Sequence record: MK250029.1 | Length of the DNA stretch: 64,000 bases | Direction: 5' to 3' (one strand) | Shown here: piece by piece, positions 34,112-45,537 of the stretch | Layout of the letters: each line of letters begins with the position of its first letter | How positions within the stretch are numbered: the stretch's first letter is position 1 | Made by a program: the position numbers and the translations under genes | Notes under the pieces: generated by a model | Told to the model about the DNA's origin: nothing | Database searches by the model: none | What the model saw: only the letters and a program-made list of their open reading frames with translations

Positions 34112-34407
34112 TGGAAAATAATAAACTTTTTGGAAACACTGCAGGTAATGTTAATATGCCTGCAGTGAATCCTTTAGATTATCCATCTGAAGTATGTCCA
34201 AATTGCGGATGTGAAATATTCGTACCAGGTATTATATTTAAGAAAATTCCTGGTGTATTGATTGGACAAGGTTCAGATGATACACAAGTTCCTTTGAAGA
34301 TTTTTTATTGTGCTAATTGTAGAGAATTAAGTCCGTATGATAAAAAAATTATAGAAAAAGGAAAGAAGAAAGTAGAAGAATCAAAAAAATCAAATTTAAT
34401 TGTTTAA
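34111..34407 (+). CDS. Zinc-binding hypothetical protein
   Basis: CPNC...CANC. Confidence 0.6.
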   Translation: MENNKLFGNTAGNVNMPAVNPLDYPSEVCPNCGCEIFVPGIIFKKIPGVLIGQGSDDTQVPLKIFYCANCRELSPYDKKIIEKGKKKVEESKKSNLIV

Positions 34408-34413
34408 ATTAAT

Positions 34414-34650
34414 ATGGAAGATATAAAGGTAATGCAACCATCTGATGGTAATAAGTTCTATATGTGTACCGTTGTAATCGATGCAGAAAATCCTGATAAT
34501 GGAAAACCTAAGAAACAAACAGAAGTTCATTTGATTGAAGGTCCAACAGTAGGTTTTGTTGAGAAAAAGGTAACAGAGCAAATGGCGGGAACTATGTTTT
34601 CATGGCATATAAAGAATATAAGTGAGTCAAAGATTCAATTTGTATATTAA
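34414..34650 (+). CDS. DUF4494-like protein (Bacteroidota family)
   Basis: DNGKPKKQTEVHLIE...I..ISESKIQFV pattern. Confidence 0.55.
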   Translation: MEDIKVMQPSDGNKFYMCTVVIDAENPDNGKPKKQTEVHLIEGPTVGFVEKKVTEQMAGTMFSWHIKNISESKIQFVY

Positions 34651-34722
34651 TATAAATTTTATTAACATAAGGATATTATCAAATTTAATTCTTTGATAAT
34701 ATCCTTTTTATTTTTATCTACT

Positions 34723-35535
34723 ATGAAATTTAAAAATTTAGAAGATAGGATGTTATACCTAAGAAGTTTAACAGACTATAAACTTATTCCAAATGATTAT
34801 GTTTTAATTATGCTTGATGGTAGATCTTTTTCATCTACAATTAAACGGTATTTCAAAAAACCATTTGATGATACATTTATTAATATTATGAATGAAACAG
34901 CATTATATTTGTGTAATAATGTACAAGGTTGTAAATTTGCATATGTACAATCTGATGAAATTTCATTAATATTAACAGATTTTGAAACACCAGAAACAGA
35001 CTCATTTTTTGGATATAGATTAGAAAAAATTTTATCATTATGTGCATCTATTGCAACATCTAAATTTAATCAATTAATGACAATTGAAGCGATTAATCGT
35101 TGTAATAAAGACACATATAATAAAGATGAAATTTTCAATTTAATTATGGATATGAAATTGCATCAGTTTGATTGTAAAGCATGGAATGTTTCATCATATA
35201 ATGATATATTTGCATGGCTACAATATCGTCAAAATGATTGTGAACGAAATAGTAAACAACAAACAGCAAGAGCATATCTATCTCATAAAGAATGTACAGG
35301 TAAACAAGCAGATGAACAAATTTCAGTACTAAAAGATAAGTATAATATTGATTGGAATGGTTTTGATGATGGAAAAAAATATGGACGTTTCATTTATAAA
35401 GAGCAAGTTCATATGAAATCAGAGCAGTTTGGAGAGTTTATCAGAGATAAATTTGTAGTTCACAATGCATGGTTACTGCGTGATGAAAATGGTAAGAAAA
35501 ACTTCGAAAAACTATCAAAAATTCCACAAAAATGA
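34723..35535 (+). CDS. thg1: tRNA(His) guanylyltransferase Thg1-like 3'-5' polymerase
   Basis: LDGRSFS, AYVQSDEISL, EKILS, FDCKA, RQNDCERNS. Confidence 0.9.
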   Translation: MKFKNLEDRMLYLRSLTDYKLIPNDYVLIMLDGRSFSSTIKRYFKKPFDDTFINIMNETALYLCNNVQGCKFAYVQSDEISLILTDFETPETDSFFGYRLEKILSLCASIATSKFNQLMTIEAINRCNKDTYNKDEIFNLIMDMKLHQFDCKAWNVSSYNDIFAWLQYRQNDCERNSKQQTARAYLSHKECTGKQADEQISVLKDKYNIDWNGFDDGKKYGRFIYKEQVHMKSEQFGEFIRDKFVVHNAWLLRDENGKKNFEKLSKIPQK

Positions 35536-35658
35536 TATAAAAATTGAGAAATTTTTAACTTTTGATAAAAGACATATAAAATTTCTCAATTTTTTAATTG
35601 TTAATAAACTTTAATACTTTTATCTACTATAAATTAAAACAAATATAAGAATTCGTCT

Positions 35659-37155
35659 ATGAATAATACGTATCTTGAAAACGTTATATTCNNNNNNNNN
35701 NNNNNNNNNNNNNNNCTTGTTTAGTCATTTAAAGGAAGTTATTTTACTAATCCTTATTTAAAAACTTTATTTGATATTATTAAACCACATATATTGGAAT
35801 ATAGAGCTGAACCAACTGAACAGCAATCTATAGATTTAGTAAAACTTGCAAATAAAGAAGATAAGGTAACAGAAGATCAAATACATGCTTTATGGCAAAC
35901 AAGAGATATGGTTAGCCAATATACAGATGAATGGTTAAATCAGAATACATAGGCATTTGGTGAATGGCAAAACCTTATGAGTGGTCTTAGACGTGTTATT
36001 GAATATGTAAAAACTATTCAAGCTGATGTTACATTTGAAAATTGTGCAGAGATTGTTCAGCATGCGAAATCAATGTTTCAATCAGATACTAATTTTACAT
36101 TGAACAATTCAAAAGGACATGATTTCTTTGATCCTGTTAATCATAAGCAAACTGAACTTGAAACTAGAAAGACTGGTTATAATTTTGTTGATCAGTGTTT
36201 GAAAGGTGGTTGGGCGAATAAAACATTAAATGTATTTATGGGTTCACCAAAAGTAGGTAAGTCTATGTGGCTTTGTAATTTATGTGCTAATTCTGTAAGA
36301 AATGGAGAGAATTCTGCATATATTACATTGGAGATGGCGTATCAGCTTGTTGCACAACGTATCGGTTCAAATCTTTTTAATATTCCTATCGAAGAATATG
36401 AAAAAAGTGCTGCAGATGCAAATTTTATGCAACAGAAGATGAAAGAATTTTATATGAATTCACTTATCACACCAGGTAAGTTTATCATAGAAGAATTTCC
36501 AACATCATCTGCAACTGTATATGATATAGAATCTTTCTTACTTAAATTAGAGGAAGAACTTTCTACTGAAACAAAACCTTTTAAATTTAAGAACATTTTC
36601 ATTGATTATGTTAATATCATGAAAGATGCGAAGAATCCTAATTCAGAAAGTACATATTTGAAAATTAAGTCTATTTGTGAAGATGTTCGTGCGATGGCAC
36701 AAAGAAATAACTGGTGTGTTATTTCTTTAACTCAGACAAATAGAACTGCATATGATTCAACTGATATTGGTATGAGTAATGTTTCTGAATCTGGTGGTTT
36801 GATTGCAACAGTTGATAGTTTATTCGGTATTATTCAATCTTCAATGATGCGTGTTGATAATACATATTATTTAAAAGCTGTTGCTATTCGAAATTCTGGA
36901 CATATGGGAGATAAAAAGAAATTTGATTTTAATCCAACATATTTAAGAATTGAAGAAAATCTTGATGAAAATATTATTCCTGAAAATGTATCACTTGATG
37001 GTTTAGTAAAAGATAAACATAAGAATGATAATACAGGAAATAATAATTATCAGCAATATCCTACAAATGTTGGAGTTCGTCCAAATGTAATAGAATCACC
37101 TCAATTAGGATTAACAGAAACACAAATACAGGCACAAGATTTATTTAGCATGTAA
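35659..37155 (+). CDS. dnaB: DnaB/T4 gp41-like replicative helicase; TAG at codons 22 and 98; spans a 24-N gap
   Basis: Walker A GSPKVGKS, ITLEM, FIDYVN, TQTNR, SESGG; ATG 35659 is in frame across the gap. Confidence 0.85.
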
Positions 37156-37223
37156 TAAACATTTTTTAATTTTTATTATATAATTAATATATACTAAAAA
37201 TATCAAACATTATAAAAAGCAAT

Positions 37224-37715
37224 ATGGCAAGAATTAATACTACAAAGATGCTTAGTAATGATGGGTATTTTTCAAGTAATGACTATAATCCTGATCTTTC
37301 TAATCAAACAATGACTGTATCACCTCTTGTGGCAGATTAGTATGACTACGCTATGACTGATGATATAGTCTTGTTACATGAAAGAAAAGATACAGAAGAA
37401 ATATTATATAACATATGGATTAATTCACCATATGCTAAACAATATGAGGTAAATTCTTCTACTTTTGTCATACCAAAGATACCTAAAGAAGAAACAAGTA
37501 AAATCTTTTATTACATGAAAAATAAGCTTGCAGAAGTAAAAACGTTATCTGCATATGAAATGGTAATCGCTATAAATGAATTCTTTAATTTTAATTATGA
37601 TTATGTGGTAAAGAAAGTATTATCACCTAAACTTAAAGCAGAGATATTAGCAGATTATTATAACAATGGAATGAAGGAACGAATGGATACTAATGCATCT
37701 GTGAAATTATTTTAA
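37224..37715 (+). CDS. Hypothetical protein; TAG at codon 39
   Basis: Extends track ORF 37353 upstream to ATG 37224. Confidence 0.65.
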
Positions 37716-37734
37716 TATATTATAGCACTATTAT

Positions 37735-37989
37735 ATGAATACAGAGTTATTAGAAAAACTTAATAAATTACATGAACAAATTCAAACGACAAAAGGCCAA
37801 ATTGAATCATGTAAAACATTAAAGCATTATCGTAATATAAGATGGATTATGAGAGGATATGATCATGATTATATCAATATGGTATTAAGTGATGAAGAAA
37901 TGCGATTAATGGAAGATTTTCTTGATAAATTGATATACAAGAAAGAAAAAGAATTAAATGTTCTCAAAGAACAATTTTCTAAATATTAA
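37735..37989 (+). CDS. Hypothetical coiled-coil protein
   Basis: 84-aa ORF. Confidence 0.55.
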   Translation: MNTELLEKLNKLHEQIQTTKGQIESCKTLKHYRNIRWIMRGYDHDYINMVLSDEEMRLMEDFLDKLIYKKEKELNVLKEQFSKY

Positions 37990-38102
37990 TAATTTTTGTT
38001 TATTTTTATAAAATAAACTGGTGAAACGTGATATTAAAGTGGAGATTCGAACTAAGATGACATCAGAAAAAAATTAGTATTTTAATGTAACAGAAGTTTA
38101 TT

Positions 38103-39641
38103 ATGAGATTTATTAAGTCAAAGGAAAGCGAATTACATCCTAATTATGTATCAAGAGTAATTCGCATTAAGGAAGAGGATTTTTCTCCACATCCTCATCC
38201 AGATGTAACAAAGTTAAAGTGTTGCAGAATTGGTGGAGATACTATATATAATGTTATTGTAAGTATAGATTCAAAACCTGGAAAATATGTATTTTTCCCT
38301 GCAAGTACAAAGATCAATCCTGAATTTTTACGATATGCTAACTTATATCGCGATCCTGAAATGAATAGTAATCCAAATAAGACAGGATTTTTTGAAGAGA
38401 ATGGTAGGGTAAAGTCACTTAAATTAAAAGCATCCTATGAAAAAACAGATCCATTAACGGGAGTAAAGGAAAATATATTTTTACCTAATGGTGTTTCAGA
38501 TGGATTCTTGATTGAATTACAAGTTGTTCTAAATTTTATATTAGATACGTTTAATATAGAAGTAAATGAAAATGATATACCTGATGATACATGGTTTGAT
38601 ACTATTGAACATGAAGGAAAGGTTTGCTGGTTATCTAAGAAGTTTATTCCTAAAGTATTTACTGCAAAGAATAAAACAGGTGGTGATCAATCAAGATATA
38701 AGAGACGTCAGAAGAAATTAAAGAGGTTTAATAGAGTTATACCTGAACAGTTTAGATTTCATTATGATTCAACATTGGTAAAGAAGGTACCATTTGTTGT
38801 ACAACCTACTGATTATATTCATATTTCGGGTAAAATGCATGGTTCAAGTTCGATTTTTTCTTATGTTTTATGTAAGAAAAAGTTAAATTGGAAGCAGAAA
38901 ATTGCAAAGTATTTAACTGGTTATGAATTTAATAAGTATGATTATTTATATGCATCTAGAACTGTTATTAAGAATCAATATATCATGAAAGAAGCAGGTA
39001 AAACCGGTAATGTTTATCATGTTGGTTTTTATGGATGTGATATATGGGGTGAAGCATTTAAAATTGTTAAGCCACATCTTATTAAGGGAATGTCAGTTTA
39101 TGCAGAAATTGTAGGATATACATCAACTAATAAGTATATACAAAAAGATTATGACTATGGATGTGTTCCATTGAAGGATGGTGAAGATTATACATATGGA
39201 AAGCATTTTAAGATTTATGTATATCGTGTAACATTAACAAATGTCGATGGTGAAGTACATGAATTTTCACCAAGAGAAGTTCAAATATGGTGTAAGAATA
39301 ATGATCTTATTGCAGTTCCTGAATATTATTATGGTAAAGCAAAAGATTTGTATCCAGATCTTGATATAACAAATCATTGGCATGAAAATTTCTGGAATCG
39401 TATGGCATCTGATAAAAATTTCTATATGGAAATGGATTCACCTGATTGTATAAATAAGGTTCCACATGAAGGTGTTGTTATTAAGATAGATGATATGATT
39501 CCTCGCGCATTCAAATTAAAGAGTTACCGCTTTTGCAATAAGGAAGAGAAAGAGTTAGATGCTGGTATAACAAATATTGAAGATGCACAATCTGAAAATA
39601 TTGATAATGATGATTCAAATAGTTATATTGATGAACAATAA
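38103..39641 (+). CDS. RNA ligase (Rnl2/DRB0094-like) with N-terminal OB-type domain
   Basis: GKMHGSS (motif I), YASR, YAEIVG, EGVVIK, FKLKS. Confidence 0.82.
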   Translation: MRFIKSKESELHPNYVSRVIRIKEEDFSPHPHPDVTKLKCCRIGGDTIYNVIVSIDSKPGKYVFFPASTKINPEFLRYANLYRDPEMNSNPNKTGFFEENGRVKSLKLKASYEKTDPLTGVKENIFLPNGVSDGFLIELQVVLNFILDTFNIEVNENDIPDDTWFDTIEHEGKVCWLSKKFIPKVFTAKNKTGGDQSRYKRRQKKLKRFNRVIPEQFRFHYDSTLVKKVPFVVQPTDYIHISGKMHGSSSIFSYVLCKKKLNWKQKIAKYLTGYEFNKYDYLYASRTVIKNQYIMKEAGKTGNVYHVGFYGCDIWGEAFKIVKPHLIKGMSVYAEIVGYTSTNKYIQKDYDYGCVPLKDGEDYTYGKHFKIYVYRVTLTNVDGEVHEFSPREVQIWCKNNDLIAVPEYYYGKAKDLYPDLDITNHWHENFWNRMASDKNFYMEMDSPDCINKVPHEGVVIKIDDMIPRAFKLKSYRFCNKEEKELDAGITNIEDAQSENIDNDDSNSYIDEQ

Positions 39642-39749
39642 TTAATAAATGATGATATTATATTGGAAAAATATGGTATCATCATTTTTTTGTTTTAAAA
39701 AATATGTGTATCTTTGTAATGTAATAATTCAATTATAAAAATAAGAAAT

Positions 39750-40010
39750 ATGAATACAACATTAATAGAAATGATTAAAAACGAATATAAGAATCGTTTT
39801 AATAAAGAATTGACAGATAATGATACATTAAATACATTAGCTGCAGAAGCATCATATATTCAGCAGGAAACATCTGATCTTATTGTTGATAAGGATGAGT
39901 TCACAAAGTTTTCTGTAATGTATGCATTTGATCGTGTATTTAATACAAATACGTGTATGGATTTTCTTCCATTTGATAATACTATTCTTGATGATGATCT
40001 TCCTTTTTAA
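39750..40010 (+). CDS. Hypothetical protein
   Basis: After TATCTTTG at 39709; ends DDDLPF. Confidence 0.55.
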   Translation: MNTTLIEMIKNEYKNRFNKELTDNDTLNTLAAEASYIQQETSDLIVDKDEFTKFSVMYAFDRVFNTNTCMDFLPFDNTILDDDLPF

Positions 40011-40038
40011 CTGATTGTTTAATAATTAATATATAAAA

Positions 40039-40341
40039 ATGAGTAATATTAAATTTTTTCCTATGGACCATCCAGATTTTTGGAGTCGTCCACAATATTT
40101 GAAGACTGGTTATACATTTCGTAATGGTGGTGGTGAAGGTGATATTGTATTTACATTATTGGAAGATTTCGATGAAGAGAAATGTAATGATATAAAAGTA
40201 TTGTGCCATAATATTCGTACTGGGTTTACACATACAGAAACATGGGATGATACACAGTATTTAGAAGCATCATTTCGTAATGGTGAATATTTTCATTATA
40301 ATAAAAAGTGCGATTGGTTAACAGAATATTATAAAAATTAA
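40039..40341 (+). CDS. Hypothetical protein
   Basis: 100-aa ORF. Confidence 0.55.
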   Translation: MSNIKFFPMDHPDFWSRPQYLKTGYTFRNGGGEGDIVFTLLEDFDEEKCNDIKVLCHNIRTGFTHTETWDDTQYLEASFRNGEYFHYNKKCDWLTEYYKN

Positions 40342-40348
40342 AAATAGA

Positions 40349-41392
40349 ATGGAAACAATTATAATTTATATGCTGATAGCTATTATTATATCAGCTATTT
40401 GTTCTTTGTGTGAAGCTTGTTTGTCTTCAACACCAATGTCGTTTGTATCAACACTTAAGGGGAAATCAGGCGCTGATATTTTGCGAAATTTTAAAGAGAA
40501 TATGGATAAACCTTTATCTGCTATTCTTATTATTAATACAATCGCAAATACAGTAGGTGCATCTATTGTTGGTTCTGCTGCTGCTTCTTATGCTGTTGAG
40601 CAAGGTATAGATGGTGCAACATTTATTGGTATTATATCTGCAATATTTACTGTTCTAATTCTTATGTTTGCAGAAATATTACCAAAAACTATTGGTGCAA
40701 ATTATTGGAAATCTCTTACATTGTATGTAACTCGTGTAATTAATGTAATGATTTATATTACATATCCATTAGTAAAATGCTTGAATTTTATTACACGTCT
40801 TATGAGTAATGAAAATGCTGTTTCAATTTCACGAGAAGAAATTATAGCGATGACTGATGAAGGCGCAAAAGAAGGTGTTATTGATAAGAAGGAAAATATG
40901 ATTATTCAACGTATATTGAAACTTAATCAATATAAAGCAGAAGATATTATGACACCTGCAAGTGTTGTATATTCAGTTGCCGATTATGCAAATCTTTCTA
41001 AGAATAGTAGTTTGTATGAGAGTCTTACTGATGGTAGTACATTTTCTCGTATTCCTGTAATGAATAAAAACAATTATTGTGTTGGGTATATTCTTAAAGA
41101 TGAGTTGGATTTGAATGATACAGATAATGTAAAGATTTCTGATATTACACATTCAATTCATAATTATATTGATTCTACAGATGTCGCAGATATATTTAAT
41201 GATATGGTAAAAAATCATGAACATATTTCTGCAATTACAGATGAGTATGGAACATTTAGAGGTATTGTAACATTAGAAGATGTTATTGAAACAATTTTGA
41301 ATATTGAAATTGTTGATGAAACTGATGATGTTCAGGATATGCAGGAATATGCAAAGGAACAGTATCATGAAGTAATGAAGGATAACATTTAA
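40349..41392 (+). CDS. CNNM/DUF21 + CBS-pair membrane protein (CorC/TlyC family)
   Basis: SLCEA, ILIINTIANT, FAEILPKT, DIMTP, FSRIPV, DEYG..RGIVTLEDVIE. Confidence 0.9.
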   Translation: METIIIYMLIAIIISAICSLCEACLSSTPMSFVSTLKGKSGADILRNFKENMDKPLSAILIINTIANTVGASIVGSAAASYAVEQGIDGATFIGIISAIFTVLILMFAEILPKTIGANYWKSLTLYVTRVINVMIYITYPLVKCLNFITRLMSNENAVSISREEIIAMTDEGAKEGVIDKKENMIIQRILKLNQYKAEDIMTPASVVYSVADYANLSKNSSLYESLTDGSTFSRIPVMNKNNYCVGYILKDELDLNDTDNVKISDITHSIHNYIDSTDVADIFNDMVKNHEHISAITDEYGTFRGIVTLEDVIETILNIEIVDETDDVQDMQEYAKEQYHEVMKDNI

Positions 41393-41441
41393 TATAAACA
41401 AATAGTTACCTAACGAATATAATATAAAAATAATTTTATAT

Positions 41442-42242
41442 ATGAGTAATATTTTAATTATTCCCGATATACACGGACGTACATTTTGGAAAGAATGTAT
41501 TAAGTGTTGTGAATATGATGAAATTATATTCTTAGGTGACTATTTGGATCCATATAGTTTTGAAGGAATATCAAAGCAAGAAGCATTAGATAATTTTAAG
41601 GAGATTTTAAAGTTTAAATCTGATAATTATGATAAGGTAACTTTATTATTAGGTAATCATGATATGGAATATATTTCATATAATTTACCACGGGATCGTT
41701 ATGATAGTAAAAACGGAAAAGAAATAAGACAATTATTTTTAGATAATATTGATATGTTTAATCTTGTAACATATCGATATATTAAAAATAAATTTATATC
41801 ATTTAGTCATTCAGTAATTGGTCAATGTTGGATTAATGATATTAAAAATATAGATAATAAGATTAATAGTATGAATATTATTGATTTTATTACATACCTT
41901 AATGATTTAGTTAAATCTGGTGATGAAAGAAAAATGGGAAATATTTTGAATCATATAGGATATTCAAGAGGTGGATATGATCCATATGGTTCTGTTATCT
42001 GGGCAGATGAATCAGAAGCAGTGGAATTTTGTTGGGAAGATAAAGAAAAAGTTAATAAACCAAAAGAAATTGATTATCAAATATTCGGACATTCACAACA
42101 ATATAAATTACCGATTATAACTAAGTATTATGCATGTTTAGATTGTAGAGTAGGATTTTTACTTAATTCTGATGGTATAATTAAAAATATAACAAATGCA
42201 GAAGAAGAAATTAATGTTTCATTTAATTTAATTGATGATTAA
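41442..42242 (+). CDS. Metallophosphoesterase
   Basis: PDIHG, LGDYLD, GNHD, SH, GHS. Confidence 0.88.
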   Translation: MSNILIIPDIHGRTFWKECIKCCEYDEIIFLGDYLDPYSFEGISKQEALDNFKEILKFKSDNYDKVTLLLGNHDMEYISYNLPRDRYDSKNGKEIRQLFLDNIDMFNLVTYRYIKNKFISFSHSVIGQCWINDIKNIDNKINSMNIIDFITYLNDLVKSGDERKMGNILNHIGYSRGGYDPYGSVIWADESEAVEFCWEDKEKVNKPKEIDYQIFGHSQQYKLPIITKYYACLDCRVGFLLNSDGIIKNITNAEEEINVSFNLIDD

Positions 42243-42244
42243 TA

Positions 42245-42694
42245 ATGATTGATTATAGTATTAATTATAGACGATATTGTTGGCATAAACGTTATGCAAT
42301 TGTTTTTGTTACTAAATTAAGTACGATTACTTGTACATGTACTAAATATACTGAAGACTATGAAGAAGGTTTTCAAACTAATAGTGTTGATGTATATAAA
42401 GAATATTTAAAAACATTATTAGATAAAAATCTAAAATGTTGTGTTATTGATAGAAAATACAAAAAGCTTCTATTTAATAATATTAATAATGAATCAGATA
42501 ATTATAATACATATTCTGATTATTATATATTGGAAAAATATATTGGTGACAATAAAACAATTATAGATTTTATGGAATTTAATTATAGTACTAATATATA
42601 TTCAACATTATTAAATAAAGATAAAAATGATATGTATTTTCAAGCTAACATGAAATATAAGGAATATTTAAATAAAGTATGGAATAAACATTAA
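42245..42694 (+). CDS. Hypothetical protein
   Basis: 149-aa ORF. Confidence 0.55.
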   Translation: MIDYSINYRRYCWHKRYAIVFVTKLSTITCTCTKYTEDYEEGFQTNSVDVYKEYLKTLLDKNLKCCVIDRKYKKLLFNNINNESDNYNTYSDYYILEKYIGDNKTIIDFMEFNYSTNIYSTLLNKDKNDMYFQANMKYKEYLNKVWNKH

Positions 42695-42782
42695 AAATAT
42701 ACAAAAATATATATTTATTTAAACTTTTTATTGTTTTAATAATATATGAATATATAACATATTAATTTTAAAGATATTATAA

Positions 42783-43904
42783 ATGGAAAATTCAAATGTA
42801 GCAATGTTTAATGATAAGGGTCAGGTAGAAACCCTTACTCAAAGTCAGTATAACTATGATCAGCGAATTGCTGTTATGTCTGCTGATGAGAAAGCAAAGT
42901 ATTTACAGAAGACGGAGAAACTGGACCGTCATGATATGACTACAGTGACTTCATATGGTAAAGAATTGAGTTCTGTTATTTCCCGTAATGGCGATAATCT
43001 TCTTAATTCTGTTCGTGGAGATAATTCGTCTGTGGTTGTACAGCTTACAAATGAACTTCTTAGTCAGCTTAATCTTATTGATATTGATGAGATTAATACT
43101 AATACTCGATGGAAGAAATTCTGGAGAAACTTCCCTATTATTGGGAAGATGATGACTTCTGTTGAGTCTATTATGACTAAGTATGATACTATTAAAGATA
43201 GTGTTACAAAGATTGGTGAAAAGATTGATACTGCACGTACAGTTGCATTACGTGATAATTCAACACTTAATCAGATTTTTGACGCTAATGTTTCATATAT
43301 TGAGCAGATTCGTGAACTTATTCTTGCTGCAAAGATTCGTGAACAGTCAGTTAAGGATGAACTTGAAAACATGAAGGCTCATGCTAATGATTATGAGATG
43401 TATGAGATTAATGATACACAAAATTTCGTTAATCAAATTCAGAAGAAGATTGTTGATATGGAAACAACTGAATATGTTTTGACACAGAATCTTCTTCAGA
43501 TCCGTGCAACACAGCAGAATAATGTTGCAATCGCAGATAAGTCTGATAATATTGTAAATAATGTTTTGCCATTGTGGAAGAATCAGATTTCTATCAGTAT
43601 TATTATGAATAATCAGAAGAATTCTATTGAGGCACAGCAAAAGATTACTGATACAACTAATAAGATTTTGCGTGAGAATGCAAAGGCACTTCATATGAAT
43701 TCTGTTAATGTTGCTAAGGCAAGTGAAGAGTCAGTTATTAAGCTTGATACACTTAAGGACACTACACAGGAACTTATTCAGACAATTCAGGAGGTTAAGA
43801 ATATTCATGATCGTGGAGCAGAAGAGCGTAAGGAATATGAATCTCATTTGCGTGAGTTTGCACGTCAACTTGAAATTTCACTAACAGATAACGATAATAA
43901 GTAA
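42783..43904 (+). CDS. telA: Toxic anion resistance protein (TelA/KlaA family)
   Basis: Coiled-coil protein with LRDNSTLNQIFDAN, QIRATQQNN, LPLWKNQI. Confidence 0.8.
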   Translation: MENSNVAMFNDKGQVETLTQSQYNYDQRIAVMSADEKAKYLQKTEKLDRHDMTTVTSYGKELSSVISRNGDNLLNSVRGDNSSVVVQLTNELLSQLNLIDIDEINTNTRWKKFWRNFPIIGKMMTSVESIMTKYDTIKDSVTKIGEKIDTARTVALRDNSTLNQIFDANVSYIEQIRELILAAKIREQSVKDELENMKAHANDYEMYEINDTQNFVNQIQKKIVDMETTEYVLTQNLLQIRATQQNNVAIADKSDNIVNNVLPLWKNQISISIIMNNQKNSIEAQQKITDTTNKILRENAKALHMNSVNVAKASEESVIKLDTLKDTTQELIQTIQEVKNIHDRGAEERKEYESHLREFARQLEISLTDNDNK

Positions 43905-43909
43905 ATAGT

Positions 43910-44314
43910 ATGGGATTGTTTTTAATGGAAGCAGAACCAAAGAAAGCAGAACTTACTACAAATAAGGAACAAGAGCAAGAAGCATATATTGAGCCTTCTG
44001 TTGAATTAACAAAACAGGATGCAAAAAATAATGCTAAAGCTCTTGTAAAAAAGAAGTTTGTTGTTGGTAAGAAATATATGCTTAGACAGAAATCTGTTTG
44101 TGGTTCTAGAGAGATTATAAAGAAATATGTATGTAAGAAATTTATTTATACAGTAAAAGATGAACTTCTTAATATACTTATTCTTAAGCAGGTAGAAGGA
44201 CCAAAAGGAACAATTTTTACATTAAATCGTAATGATTGTAAGCGTTATCATATTAAATATGAACCAGGTCTTCAAGTATTTTCTATGGAATTTAATTGGA
44301 TTCCATGTAAGTAA
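43910..44314 (+). CDS. Hypothetical protein
   Basis: 134-aa ORF. Confidence 0.6.
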   Translation: MGLFLMEAEPKKAELTTNKEQEQEAYIEPSVELTKQDAKNNAKALVKKKFVVGKKYMLRQKSVCGSREIIKKYVCKKFIYTVKDELLNILILKQVEGPKGTIFTLNRNDCKRYHIKYEPGLQVFSMEFNWIPCK

Positions 44315-44407
44315 AAAAATAAATTGAAATAATATAGACTTTATTTAAATTATAGAGTAATATATTTACAATTAAGTTAATCAAATAACAAATAAAGAAA
44401 ATAATTT

Positions 44408-44848
44408 ATGTCAAAAAATAAATTTATTAAGCTTCATTCAAAAGAAGATAATAGTGTTATTATTGCAAGAATTTCAAAGATTAGTCTTGTAACTACAGAT
44501 AATGATTATTCTGGTAAAATGACAACTGTATATTTTGATGATGAAAATATTGATTCAATTACAGTTAATGAAACACCAGAGAAGATTTATCAAAATATTG
44601 TAGAGTTGGATAATACAGATTTTTTGAAACTTCATTCAAGTGATGATAATGCAGTTATGATTGTAAACACAGAGATTATTTCTGTTATTTCACAATCAGA
44701 AGAGGATGGAAAGAATGTAACTACAATGTATTTCAATAATGAATCTATTGAATCAGCTTCATTTAATGAATCTCCTGAACGTATTTATAAGATGATGGAG
44801 ATTACTAATAATGATGTGGTTACATCAGATAATAATGAAACTAAGTAA
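44408..44848 (+). CDS. Protein with two tandem FlbD-like repeats
   Basis: F.KLHS.-D...I....IS......T..YF......V/F.E.PE.IY occurs twice. Confidence 0.55.
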   Translation: MSKNKFIKLHSKEDNSVIIARISKISLVTTDNDYSGKMTTVYFDDENIDSITVNETPEKIYQNIVELDNTDFLKLHSSDDNAVMIVNTEIISVISQSEEDGKNVTTMYFNNESIESASFNESPERIYKMMEITNNDVVTSDNNETK

Positions 44849-45537
44849 TTATAGTTAAAGATATACGTTTATAAAAAATAGTAGTATAACTGAATCTATA
44901 GGCTAAACCAATATGTTTTTATAAACATTCCCTTTATTAGATAAGTAGCAAATATATTAATAATGAGAATATAGCTATGAATGTATATATGTTTACAATT
45001 ATAAATAGAATAATTTAGATATAATATAGTAAAAATTATAAATAAAGTAACATATATATTTCTAATAATTTTTATGAATCTAATAAAAACATGAATTAGA
45101 TACTATTTATTAGTTACTTCAGTTTATTATGAAGGTATTATTGAAACTTTAATTTAATAGTACGATGATATTATACCCTCGAAAGTTAATTTGAAGATTG
45201 TGAAATAATATATTGGAATTGAAAATGATAAGAATATTATTTATAAAGAATATTACATTGTAATATTTAATATCGATATTATAATTTGAAAATGATACGA
45301 AAATATATTATGGATCAGTTGGATGATTAATGAGTACAGAATGTCCCTGTATTGTGGGAGGTTATTTTAAAGTGGAGATTTTATTGGAATTTTAAATTTT
45401 GAATAATTATTAAAAACATACTATTAATTTTTAAAGGATATAACCCTAAAGGTTATATCCTTTTTTATTTAAAAATAAGTTAAACAATTAACATATATTT
45501 GAGTATAATAATTAAACAAAAATTGATTTTTTTAAAT

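Noticed and set aside
38018-38066. GATTCGAAC / GTTCGAATC T-loop-like sequence inside a CTGGTG...CATCAG stem
   Set aside because: No T-stem pairing, anticodon arm or acceptor stem could be built on either strand, so it is not called a tRNA
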